Positions 1 through 9,551 of a stretch of 64,000 bases of DNA are shown here, piece by piece. Both the position numbers and the translations under genes were made by a program. Location of the stretch: the IMG/VR virus record IMGVR_UViG_3300012949_000001; one strand, written 5' to 3'. The stretch comes from a virus. Each line of letters opens with the position of its first letter. Within the stretch, counting starts at the first letter, position 1. A model generated the notes under the pieces. It was not told the DNA's origin. It saw only the letters and a program-made list of their open reading frames with translations, and did no database searches.

Positions 1-3000
1 CTATATCATAATAATTGCTAAGCACTTCTTTTGTATTAGCACTTTGTAAACTGGCATATATCTTATCATCAACAAGTATAGAGCTCTTAGCCACCTCTGC
101 AAATTTGCCAGACTTAATTGACATCTCTAGTTCATCACCAAGAGTTCTTTGAGCTTCGCTTTCATAGTATCTGTTTTCAGAAACAGCTCTTGAAAGCATG
201 TATAATCTTGTTCTGCTATGAACGTCATCATATGTTCCTCCCTTTCTTATTGCAGAAAGGTAAGTATCTTTATTCTTATTCATTATTGCATGGGCCATAA
301 TTGTGTCGCCATCGAAGTCCAGGTTAAATGCTTTCTGAGAAGCAGAAAGTGCAATTGCTGCATTACCTGTAAGCTGGTTATCAAGAATACCCCATACAGG
401 AACTGCAGAACCTTCCCTAATCATAGGGAAACGGCCTGATAATAGTATGTCACCTTGCTCTGACAGAAGCTTAACCATTTCATCTTTTGAGCTTACACCA
501 TATCTCTTTAATGATTCTTCTGCAAAGTAGCCCATCTTTTCAAATGCTTCTTCTGACAGTAACAGTGCATCTATATATCTTCCTTCGGCATAATGCTCAA
601 GATATGATTTGCCTTCGAACTTGGCTTCAGCAAGTGCCCTAATGCCATTAAGCCTCTTTAATTCTGCAAGTTTTTTGTCTGTTGGTAACTTAAGATACTC
701 TGATTCTGATAATCCAGCATATTCTCCACGGTGGATTGTAAAACCTGCACCTTTCAGATTTATAGACCGGTCAAGTCTGGTCTTAATCATTTCTCTTTGA
801 GTAGAATCAAGATATAACTTCTGCGAATCAACAAGTTCGTCAATAGCATCAACAACATTCTGCATATTCTCTGGAGTCTGATCATCCATCCAAGTCTGAT
901 ATCTGGATCTTAAAGCACCAAGCTTTTCAAAATAATCAGGAAGTATCAGAGAATCGCCTGTTGTTGCAAAAGGAGAACGAGGTACTGCCAAGTATCTTCT
1001 TGAACCGAACTTCTCTCCTAAGTCAAACACTGTATTATTCAAATATGGACTTGTTTCATCATACAGCTGAGCATCAAGTGTACCGCTGCCGCCTGGTGCA
1101 AAATCTGCAAAGTCCATTCGATTAAATTTAAACTTTTCACCAAGCTCATCAAGAGTTACACTTGTTCCTGCTTGGATCCTTTCATTGAATCTTAATGCTT
1201 CTGCAGTGCTTGCAGCTGTGTATGCTCTTTCTGCCCACTCTGCAGAAATGTCATCTCCTAATGTAAGTTTGCCATTCTGAGTGAAGAACTCTTTTATGTG
1301 TTTATATCTTGTATCTCTATCACTCACTGATGCCAGTTTCTTTTCTCCTGGCCTTGTAAATACCATGTTTTTATATAAGTCAGTGAAAGAGCTTAATACT
1401 GGTTGGTTAATAAATTCATCACGAAGAACTCCATTATCAGTGAACTCATTAAGAGCCTTATTGACTATTTCATCGTTTTTATCTCTTAAGTTGACTACAA
1501 ACTCATCATTTAGTACTTTTGCCCCAAGAAGGTTATGCATACGGTCTGAATATACAAAACCTCTATCCAAGAAGCCTTTTGTGGCCATTTCGTCTCTGAG
1601 TTCCTGAAGTTCTTTCCTTCTTGCTGTTAATTCCTGTTCTATATCTAGGAAATCTGCATCTGTTCTTTTTGCTTGTGCTCTTCTTTTTTCAAGTCTACGT
1701 ATTTCTTTTTGAAGAGAACTCATTGCGTTTTCTGCTTCTTCTGCATTGGTTATGCCTTTATAAGAACCACCGGTCCAGTCTATCTGTTCAGACATTTCTC
1801 CAAAGCCTGTATATACATCTATGGTCTTGTCGCCAAAACGTAACTGTGTCTTATCATATACAAGGCCTTCTTCTCCAAATAGTTCTTTTACTCCTTTTAG
1901 GCTTATATAGAAGTCCTTAAATTTGTTGCTTCCATTAATATATACAGTGCCATCACGTACCTCTGCCAAAGGCATAAGCTTCTTTACGTTTTCATCAGTA
2001 AGCATGCCCCTGTCTTTCAGTAATCCAATTGCAGAAGTAAATGCAACAGATACGTTCTCGTGCTTTGCTACATTCTGGTTTGTTATAGCAATTGCCTTAG
2101 TAGGCCCGAGAATTTGATTGAATATAAGATCGCCGACAGCATTCCATTCTCTCTCTGTCAAAGTCCTGATGTCTTCTATACCGGCTCTCTCCATTTCGTC
2201 AACAAGAGCTTCTGTATAATGCTTGCCAATATATTTTTCAAACCTTGTGCCTTTAAGCTTTCTTTCTATCTCCTTATTGAGTTCACCAAGTCTTACAGGA
2301 GAAGTATATGCTACCGACTTTTCGAGCTCACTGATTGTAATCTTGATGCCGTCTTTGTACTCATAAGGATCAACGTAATATTTATAGTCAAGATCGTACA
2401 TCTTTTTTAAGTAGCTTTTAACACTTTCAAGGTCTCTTCCTATGTTAAGAGGTAATGCTTTTTGGATTTCATCTTCTGATAATATATTGCCATATTTATC
2501 AAAGAAGCCTGCTCTTAACATACCAGAATATTTACTTGCAAACGGCTTCCTTGAATCAGAATATCCTTTTTGAGCGAATAAGATATCTCTGGCGTCTACT
2601 TCAACTCCAGAACCATATCTAAATTTACCATCCTGGAAGGAGAACACAACTTTGCTAAGCCTTTCTATTTCGCTTGCAAAATTGGCCTCTATTGCTCTGT
2701 TATCATTGATAACCTGTATCTGAGACTTGTTGAATATGTTTCTTGCTACTCTTGAATATAAGAGTGTTTGCTGCTCATATGTGCTTGTATGCAAAGCTTT
2801 TTCTTTTAACTCATTTGCTACTCTATCTATTTCTCTTTTTAAATCTTCAGAGCACAAATCATATTGCTGCTGTATTCCGAGAACAATCTTAGCCTGGATA
2901 ACGAACGGGTTTCTGTCACCTATAGGTTCTCCTGCGGCTAGATTAATAACTTCTTTTAATGTGTTAGAATCCATTGATACATATCTACCTGTAATCATAC

Positions 3001-6000
3001 CGGTCATTTTTACCTCAACATCTTTATTGTCGATGTTGTCTTTAAGCTTATATCCGGCACCATATATTACAGCATTCTTTCTTGCGTCAGAAACAAGAGG
3101 CTTAATATCTACACCCTTATCTCTTAGATATGCATCATGATTAATGGCTTTCTGTATCGCATCTACTCTATGATAGTACATGTTTGAGTACTGTGTAGGA
3201 TTATCACGAGACTGAGAGCCAAACGATGACATGTAACTTGGTGCAACCCTGCCGATTGATAATGTACCGCTATCATTTAAGTGAGTAGATTTGCCTGCCA
3301 CCATTGTGTTCACAAGTATCCAGTCGCTATCAGATCTTACCTCTTCAGGATACGTAGAACTTAACAATGGCATTAATAGCTTATTTATAAATATGCTTTC
3401 TTCTGATCTTGTAAGATTGCTCAACTTTACTTTCGACCTGTCACGATCATACTGTTTAATCTTATCGAATATACCCTTGATTTGTTTCTGCTCACTTGCA
3501 GTAAGCTGTGAAAAACCAGGAAGTCCCTCAGCAACACCACCTGCAGCTAATTTGTCAAGATAACCTGTAATGTCTTCGAAATAGGTTTCAAATTGCATCA
3601 TTGCTGCACCAGGGTTAAATATTTGTGCAGCTGGCAATCCTTCTCTAATCTGCTGATTCATTAAATTAAGAGCAGACTGGAAAGCCCTTGATTCATTTGA
3701 ACCTTTTCTCTTTGCTGCCTTAACAAAAGCAGTGAAGCCTCCATAACTATCAGCTATATCTCCAAGCTTTGAAGTGAACTCTATTTTTCCGTCTGCAAGA
3801 GCCTTCTTGCTGATAGCAGGACGAACAATATGGTTGGTTGTTCCAAGGTCAAAGTATAATGTGTTATTCTTTAATTTCAAAACAGGAAGCAGAAGAGATT
3901 CAGGATCCTGTCCCTTATTGCTTATGAATACTTCGCCAACAGCATTCTCCATTTCGTTAAATGAAAGCCATATATCTGATTCAGTTACTGCTGTCAGCAT
4001 ATCTCTTGCTACTTTTTCAACATCAGCTCTAGCAAGATTATAGTTAGCCATTAATGTTCGTTTATCAAAATCACTAAGATTCAACTTCTGAATATCTTCA
4101 GGAGTTACTTGTATCATTCGTTTAACAAGCTCGTTTACAGAATGCTGATCAACCTTGCTGTTTCGATCTAATGTTATTCTATTCTGAACGCTATTAATGG
4201 CGTTTTGTATGGTTTCTTTCATCCTGTCGTCAATGACTTCGTTAGCAAATCTGCTCGGTACATTTGCAACCTGAGTATTGATATTTCTGTTGATAATACC
4301 GAAGAGATTATCTTTTTCGCTTCTCTTTGTATATACAAAGTCATTGAGTTTTGTCATGATCTCTGCATACAACTCTTTTGGAGTTATCTTTTGCATCTTA
4401 TCCCTATTGTTTAATATATCGTTGAATACTCCTCGATAATCACTATCAGCATTAAGCCTTCTCATGAAGTCTATTAATGCTTGCTTACCTTGAGGCCCAT
4501 CTATATCTGCAGTGAGGCTTCCGTCATATTGATAATTGAACAGCTTTCTTAATATATTATCATCAAGTCTATGTTCACCAATATTGATTCTGTACAAATC
4601 ATCGTCCTTGATATTTCCGAACAGCTGTTTACCAGTAAGTTCTATATAATCAAGGTCTGAATCAAGAAGTAAGGTAGGTACAGAATCAAATGTAGTAGAT
4701 TGAGCTTTTCTGATTTCATTTACTGTATTCAACATTCTGTCTTTTGTGGTTGTTTGAAGAACATCACGAACAGCTAGCCTGAAAGCATCATTTCTCTTTA
4801 CTTTAGAAGCATAATCAGTACCAGGAATCTGCTCATCTATTATATTAGCTATTGTATCGAATAAAGGCATAAGGCCTTCAACATTATTTGAAGCCCATAA
4901 TAATCTGTTAACAGAGTTTGATAAAAGCTCTCTCTGACGGGTTATTGTAGAGTAGAACGTAAGACCGTCAAATGCACCTGCTATTTCGTCAAAACCACCG
5001 ACTGACTGACCTCTTGAAATTGCTTCAGACAAGAGTCTTGACATAGAAGCATTCGGATCTTCACCCTTATATTGCTCTCTTAAATCATTGAATACTTTGA
5101 CAAGTCTCTTATATCTGTCATAATCCATATCTCTGATGTAATTTGCTGCATATTCATTAGTTAATCTTTGAGTACTAAGATCAACATATTTTCTTAACAG
5201 CTCATCATCAGTAGACACTTTTTCTATTTGCTTAACTCCATCCTGAACAGTAGATAAAGCAAGAGCTTTTTCATTTCTGATTCCAGCTTTAGCTTTATAG
5301 TTTCTGAAGTCATGCAGATCTATATTTTCTCCTCTAGCAACAAGTTCGCCGACTTCAGTTAAATTATTAAGCTGTGCTTCTATTGGTGCCATGTTGCCGG
5401 AAACAAAATAGTAGTCCTGTCTTGCACCATAGGCATGAGGAACTTCTGTATCAAAAACAGGAGTTGCTTTTAATACATACAACATGCCGGTATTATATTC
5501 AGAGATCATGTTATCAATATTATCGCCGAACTCTTTTCTGAAATCTTCTGTTGTCTCAAATGTCTTCAAGTCAAAGCTATACAGAGCCCCTCTTTTGAGA
5601 CCTTGTGGTGATACATGAGACTTTCTTACGCTATCTCCGCTAATTTCATAGCCAGATAAGGTCTTATATGTATTAGTGAATTCGTCATAAACAAATCCAA
5701 GTACACCAGACTTATCAAAGCTTGAAAGAGATGACTGATCAACTCTATACAATTGCTTATGGCCACCAACAAATGTAGAAGGTGACTTATGGCGAATTGT
5801 ATCGAGCTTTGATATCATGTCTTGCAGCAATGTTGTGTTTGTGCTCGGTTCTACAATAGCAGAGAAGAGCTTACCTGATGTTTCAGCATCTTTAAATGCT
5901 GTATGAGCAACAAGGTCGCTAATATCTTCTCCATCGGCAAGATATGCTGACCTCAAATATTCCAGTGTCATCAAACCTGAATCTCTTGCTGCCTTATCTA

Positions 6001-7168
6001 AAACGCCATAATAGTTTCCGCCATACTTTGCATATATATGCTTTAATGTATCGAATGTATCAAATATGGCGGCCTGTGTTTCATCAATGTAAGCATTTGA
6101 ACCATATATTTGTGCAGCACGATTTAACATAGGGATATCAAACGTCCTTATGTTATGACCGGTTGTTGCCTTTATTTGAAATTGCTTTCCATTAACAGTA
6201 ACATTGCCTTTTGTTATACCTGTTGCTATTTGTTGCAGGTCAGCTTGTAATACTTTTCTCTGTTCATCTGTAAGCGTACCAAGCTTTTTAAGACCTTCAA
6301 TAGCATTCTCTATTGTAAGATCTATATCCTTAACCTCAACAGACTTTGTGATACGTCTTCTTGCTTCTCCAGGGATGTCTTCTATAGTTGCTTTGTTATA
6401 GAAGTTCAATCTGCGAATAATGATCTTATCTAAGTCAGACCATTCCTTATTACTCTTACCTTTAAGAGTCTCTAAGCGTTTCATTATCCGTTCGTATCTG
6501 TCTTTTTCAAGACCGACAACGTTAGAAATTGTTCCGGCGAATTCATTACCAGCACCATATATATTGTAAGCATACTCAGTTATACCAAGTAAATCATTAT
6601 ATCCATATTTATTCTTGCCACCAAGAGATTCTATGTCGAGAGTAGCAAAAAAGCCACTTGCACCATTAATTATATTATTAATAGCGACAGCATTCTCATA
6701 TAACTTTTCTGCACTTGATACTCCTCTCAGCTTTGTAAACTGAGTGTTGATTTGGAATGTTTTATCAATGAGCTTTAAGCCAGATTGTTGATTAGAGGCA
6801 ACAACCTTCTTAAAGGAATCCATGTCATTTATGATTTGATCAAAGAACTTATTATTTCTTGCAAGCCTCTCATAAAGCTTAATAAGCTGCTTTGTATCGT
6901 CTTCATAAATAGGATCCCTCTTAGCGTCTCCTATGCCCATGAATGTAGTTATATTTCCATATCTCTTATTCAGGAGGCTAAGTTCTTCATTATATAAAGG
7001 AGCTACATGTGCAAACATTTCTTCTGTTAACTTCTCAGTGTTGCCAACTAGCTCCTCTTCATGTCTACGCTGAATATATTCAGAGTATAATTCTCCTCTT
7101 CTCTTTTCTAAGTTCTTTATTCCGATCATCAAATCGGTTTGCATGTCATTATATTTGAATTTCGGCAT
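1..7168 (-). CDS. Giant putative virion RNA polymerase (two-barrel type) with N-terminal DEDDh 3'-5' exonuclease; 3'-partial, at least 2389 aa
   Basis: ATG at 7168 after RBS AGGTAGGTGA (MPKFKYNDMQ...). The track lists no minus-strand ORF here, consistent with no stop before the window edge, and the segments I translated were open. Exonuclease motifs: TLDIESLGG (D178,E180), GHNIRTFD (D344), AHTAFKD (H422,D427). RNAP motifs: GRFPMIREGS (R2246) and AFNLDFDGD (aa 2284-2288, nt 305-319). Confidence 0.85.
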   Translation of the reverse strand, partial: MPKFKYNDMQTDLMIGIKNLEKRRGELYSEYIQRRHEEELVGNTEKLTEEMFAHVAPLYNEELSLLNKRYGNITTFMGIGDAKRDPIYEDDTKQLIKLYERLARNNKFFDQIINDMDSFKKVVASNQQSGLKLIDKTFQINTQFTKLRGVSSAEKLYENAVAINNIINGASGFFATLDIESLGGKNKYGYNDLLGITEYAYNIYGAGNEFAGTISNVVGLEKDRYERIMKRLETLKGKSNKEWSDLDKIIIRRLNFYNKATIEDIPGEARRRITKSVEVKDIDLTIENAIEGLKKLGTLTDEQRKVLQADLQQIATGITKGNVTVNGKQFQIKATTGHNIRTFDIPMLNRAAQIYGSNAYIDETQAAIFDTFDTLKHIYAKYGGNYYGVLDKAARDSGLMTLEYLRSAYLADGEDISDLVAHTAFKDAETSGKLFSAIVEPSTNTTLLQDMISKLDTIRHKSPSTFVGGHKQLYRVDQSSLSSFDKSGVLGFVYDEFTNTYKTLSGYEISGDSVRKSHVSPQGLKRGALYSFDLKTFETTEDFRKEFGDNIDNMISEYNTGMLYVLKATPVFDTEVPHAYGARQDYYFVSGNMAPIEAQLNNLTEVGELVARGENIDLHDFRNYKAKAGIRNEKALALSTVQDGVKQIEKVSTDDELLRKYVDLSTQRLTNEYAANYIRDMDYDRYKRLVKVFNDLREQYKGEDPNASMSRLLSEAISRGQSVGGFDEIAGAFDGLTFYSTITRQRELLSNSVNRLLWASNNVEGLMPLFDTIANIIDEQIPGTDYASKVKRNDAFRLAVRDVLQTTTKDRMLNTVNEIRKAQSTTFDSVPTLLLDSDLDYIELTGKQLFGNIKDDDLYRINIGEHRLDDNILRKLFNYQYDGSLTADIDGPQGKQALIDFMRRLNADSDYRGVFNDILNNRDKMQKITPKELYAEIMTKLNDFVYTKRSEKDNLFGIINRNINTQVANVPSRFANEVIDDRMKETIQNAINSVQNRITLDRNSKVDQHSVNELVKRMIQVTPEDIQKLNLSDFDKRTLMANYNLARADVEKVARDMLTAVTESDIWLSFNEMENAVGEVFISNKGQDPESLLLPVLKLKNNTLYFDLGTTNHIVRPAISKKALADGKIEFTSKLGDIADSYGGFTAFVKAAKRKGSNESRAFQSALNLMNQQIREGLPAAQIFNPGAAMMQFETYFEDITGYLDKLAAGGVAEGLPGFSQLTASEQKQIKGIFDKIKQYDRDRSKVKLSNLTRSEESIFINKLLMPLLSSTYPEEVRSDSDWILVNTMVAGKSTHLNDSGTLSIGRVAPSYMSSFGSQSRDNPTQYSNMYYHRVDAIQKAINHDAYLRDKGVDIKPLVSDARKNAVIYGAGYKLKDNIDNKDVEVKMTGMITGRYVSMDSNTLKEVINLAAGEPIGDRNPFVIQAKIVLGIQQQYDLCSEDLKREIDRVANELKEKALHTSTYEQQTLLYSRVARNIFNKSQIQVINDNRAIEANFASEIERLSKVVFSFQDGKFRYGSGVEVDARDILFAQKGYSDSRKPFASKYSGMLRAGFFDKYGNILSEDEIQKALPLNIGRDLESVKSYLKKMYDLDYKYYVDPYEYKDGIKITISELEKSVAYTSPVRLGELNKEIERKLKGTRFEKYIGKHYTEALVDEMERAGIEDIRTLTEREWNAVGDLIFNQILGPTKAIAITNQNVAKHENVSVAFTSAIGLLKDRGMLTDENVKKLMPLAEVRDGTVYINGSNKFKDFYISLKGVKELFGEEGLVYDKTQLRFGDKTIDVYTGFGEMSEQIDWTGGSYKGITNAEEAENAMSSLQKEIRRLEKRRAQAKRTDADFLDIEQELTARRKELQELRDEMATKGFLDRGFVYSDRMHNLLGAKVLNDEFVVNLRDKNDEIVNKALNEFTDNGVLRDEFINQPVLSSFTDLYKNMVFTRPGEKKLASVSDRDTRYKHIKEFFTQNGKLTLGDDISAEWAERAYTAASTAEALRFNERIQAGTSVTLDELGEKFKFNRMDFADFAPGGSGTLDAQLYDETSPYLNNTVFDLGEKFGSRRYLAVPRSPFATTGDSLILPDYFEKLGALRSRYQTWMDDQTPENMQNVVDAIDELVDSQKLYLDSTQREMIKTRLDRSINLKGAGFTIHRGEYAGLSESEYLKLPTDKKLAELKRLNGIRALAEAKFEGKSYLEHYAEGRYIDALLLSEEAFEKMGYFAEESLKRYGVSSKDEMVKLLSEQGDILLSGRFPMIREGSAVPVWGILDNQLTGNAAIALSASQKAFNLDFDGDTIMAHAIMNKNKDTYLSAIRKGGTYDDVHSRTRLYMLSRAVSENRYYESEAQRTLGDELEMSIKSGKFAEVAKSSILVDDKIYASLQSANTKEVLSNYYDI

Positions 7169-7230
7169 TGAGTTCACCTACCTATTTATTCTCTATTATC
7201 ATAATACTTATTCTGTTGTGTTATATAATA

Positions 7231-7260
7231 AAAACCCATTGCGATTGTGCAATGGGTTTT
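7231..7260. terminator. Intrinsic terminator-like hairpin
   Basis: Perfect 12-bp stem AAAACCCATTGC/GCAATGGGTTTT with a 6-nt loop, just after the stop of 7268..7528. Confidence 0.7.
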
Positions 7261-7267
7261 ATATGTA

Positions 7268-7528
7268 TTATTCTTCTACTTCTTGTTCGACAATATTGCC
7301 GTCTTCATCTATCAGTCCTTGTTCTTGGCCTAGCTCTATGAGCAACCGGTACTCTCCTTGACATTTTGCCATTTCTGTTAGGATTTGTGAAATCTCGTCT
7401 TCCAGTCTGTTGATCTTATTCAGTGCATCTTCCTTGATTTCATTAATCTTATTTTCTCTTGCGGCTATTTCTGTCTTAAGCTCTTCAAATCTGGCTGTCG
7501 TTTCCTTCATTCTTAACAAGATATCCAT
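7268..7528 (-). CDS. Small coiled-coil protein, 86 aa
   Basis: ORF track; heptad-like E/K/L-rich sequence; RBS AGGGG upstream. Confidence 0.7.
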   Translation of the reverse strand: MDILLRMKETTARFEELKTEIAARENKINEIKEDALNKINRLEDEISQILTEMAKCQGEYRLLIELGQEQGLIDEDGNIVEQEVEE

Positions 7529-7562
7529 TTTATAATCCCCCTATTATATTGTGGTTAATTAT

Positions 7563-7592
7563 AGTATAACACATGAAAATTATGGTAGTCAA
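7563..7592 (-). promoter_or_regulatory. SigA-like promoter
   Basis: Minus strand TTGACT-18 nt-TATACT upstream of the 86-aa gene. Confidence 0.5.
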
Positions 7593-7599
7593 TATGATT

Positions 7600-9549
7600 T
7601 TATCCAATTACATTAATTTTTACAATTGGATTATCAATAAGAGAAGTTATTTCTATTCTATGTGTATACATATCAATATCATATTCGTTGGGTTTCATAA
7701 GTTTCATATGTCCATTAGCATCAAACTTCCATTCTAGCTGATCTGTTTCTGCTTTGTCTTGGTAAGTAGGCTTACTTAATACATAAGCAAATCGTAATTT
7801 CTCAGAATTCAGAGTATTAAAATCGATTGTTTCAATCAGTGAAGCAGGAATGCCATTAACACTAATTATCTCTTTTGCGTTATTAAGTTGTGCTTTTTCC
7901 TGCTCTGTCATAAGATTAAACTGTTTTATGGGAATAACACAATCTAATACAGCCCACGATGATGTATCTGTATTATAAGTAAGCCAAGTGTTTCCAGAGT
8001 CAATAGATACAGCTATTTTTATATCTCCGTCACCTGTTATATTTGACAGTACCTTAAAATAATCAATATTTTCTGCAATCGAAGTGATAATGTCATCATT
8101 GGCAATTATTAATTCTTTATTTGATTTCAAACCAGATATAGTAATTTTATTCACCAAATCTCTATTGTACACAATTTTTACATTAGAATTTTTAAATTTA
8201 TCAATAGGTTTAAATGCTGTTTCACCTATAGTAATTTCTTCTAATAACTCTTTTGGATTAAATGCGTAATCATCAAACAACTCTGGATTAAAATCTAATA
8301 TTGGATTATATATTTGGGCTTCTGTATCATAATATTCTTCTTTAATTGAGTAATATAAACCATTTTGTTTTAACAATATGGCGTTTTTAATAAGTGATAT
8401 AGTGACCGCAGTTAATATAGGAGATTCTGTAGTTCCTATACCAAGTTGACCATAAGTATTTAAACCCCATCCTTTTAATTTGTTATTATTTAATAAAACA
8501 ATAACAGGTGCAGTATTAAGAATTTCTTTAACGTCAGCAATAGGAAATTCAACTATATTAATACTCTGTGTGCCTGAATATCCCAATAATGGTCTTAAAT
8601 TAATATTATTGTTTCCGCAACCTTTTATTTTCCCATCGTTTAATAAAAATAATGTAAAAACACCGTCACTTTTGATGTCTTTTATATTGTCTATAGGAAT
8701 AGTAACTATAGAAGTTTGGTTTTTAGTATTTCCGATACCTAATTGCCCCTGAGTATTGCTTCCACAACCTTTTACTGTTCCATCATTTAATAAAAAGAAA
8801 GTATTAGTAGGAGAGCCATAAATCCATTTTACATTAGATATTGGTATAGTAGTTATTTCTAATTTACTGCTAGTGACGCCTACACCTAATTGTCCAGCAT
8901 TATTACTACCACAACCTTTTACTGTTCCGTCTGCAAGAAGAAAAAATGTATTAGCTGCTATTGAGAACACTTTTTTAACATTAGTAACAGAAATGTTGAC
9001 AGGGCTTTGTTGCCAGCCAGTTGTACCTATTCCTAATTCTCCATTAGTATTACTACCACAACCCTTTACTGTACCATCATTTAATAGAAAAAACGTATTA
9101 CTCCCATTATAATAGACAGAAACATCTATTACATTTGAAATTGGTATATCAACAATATTATATTGATTATTTTTATTGCCTATACCTAATTGACCGCTTC
9201 TATTATTACCACAGCCTTTAACCGTACCATCGTTTAATAAGAATATAGTATAGCTAGTGGTACAAAAAATCTCTTTTACATTAGATATAGGTATATCAAT
9301 TATATCGTATTGTGGATTAGTATTTCCGATACCTAATTCTCCATTAGTGTTTTGACCACAACCCTTTACAGTTCCATCGTGCAATAAGAAAAAAGTATTG
9401 TAGCTTGTTTCAATTATTTTCTTTACGTTTGATATTGGTAACTCAACAGGTGTTAATTGAACTTGTATATCATTACCAAGACCTAATTGACCATAGGAAT
9501 TATCTCCCCATACTTTAACTTTTCCATCTTGAGTTAAATATAATGCCAT
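7600..9549 (-). CDS. RCC1/BLIP-II repeat beta-propeller protein, probable receptor-binding protein
   Basis: Eight ~50-aa repeats of type FFLLNDGTVKGCGxNxxGQLGIG; lies next to the fibre gene. Confidence 0.8.
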   Translation of the reverse strand: MALYLTQDGKVKVWGDNSYGQLGLGNDIQVQLTPVELPISNVKKIIETSYNTFFLLHDGTVKGCGQNTNGELGIGNTNPQYDIIDIPISNVKEIFCTTSYTIFLLNDGTVKGCGNNRSGQLGIGNKNNQYNIVDIPISNVIDVSVYYNGSNTFFLLNDGTVKGCGSNTNGELGIGTTGWQQSPVNISVTNVKKVFSIAANTFFLLADGTVKGCGSNNAGQLGVGVTSSKLEITTIPISNVKWIYGSPTNTFFLLNDGTVKGCGSNTQGQLGIGNTKNQTSIVTIPIDNIKDIKSDGVFTLFLLNDGKIKGCGNNNINLRPLLGYSGTQSINIVEFPIADVKEILNTAPVIVLLNNNKLKGWGLNTYGQLGIGTTESPILTAVTISLIKNAILLKQNGLYYSIKEEYYDTEAQIYNPILDFNPELFDDYAFNPKELLEEITIGETAFKPIDKFKNSNVKIVYNRDLVNKITISGLKSNKELIIANDDIITSIAENIDYFKVLSNITGDGDIKIAVSIDSGNTWLTYNTDTSSWAVLDCVIPIKQFNLMTEQEKAQLNNAKEIISVNGIPASLIETIDFNTLNSEKLRFAYVLSKPTYQDKAETDQLEWKFDANGHMKLMKPNEYDIDMYTHRIEITSLIDNPIVKINVIG

Positions 9550-9551
9550 AA

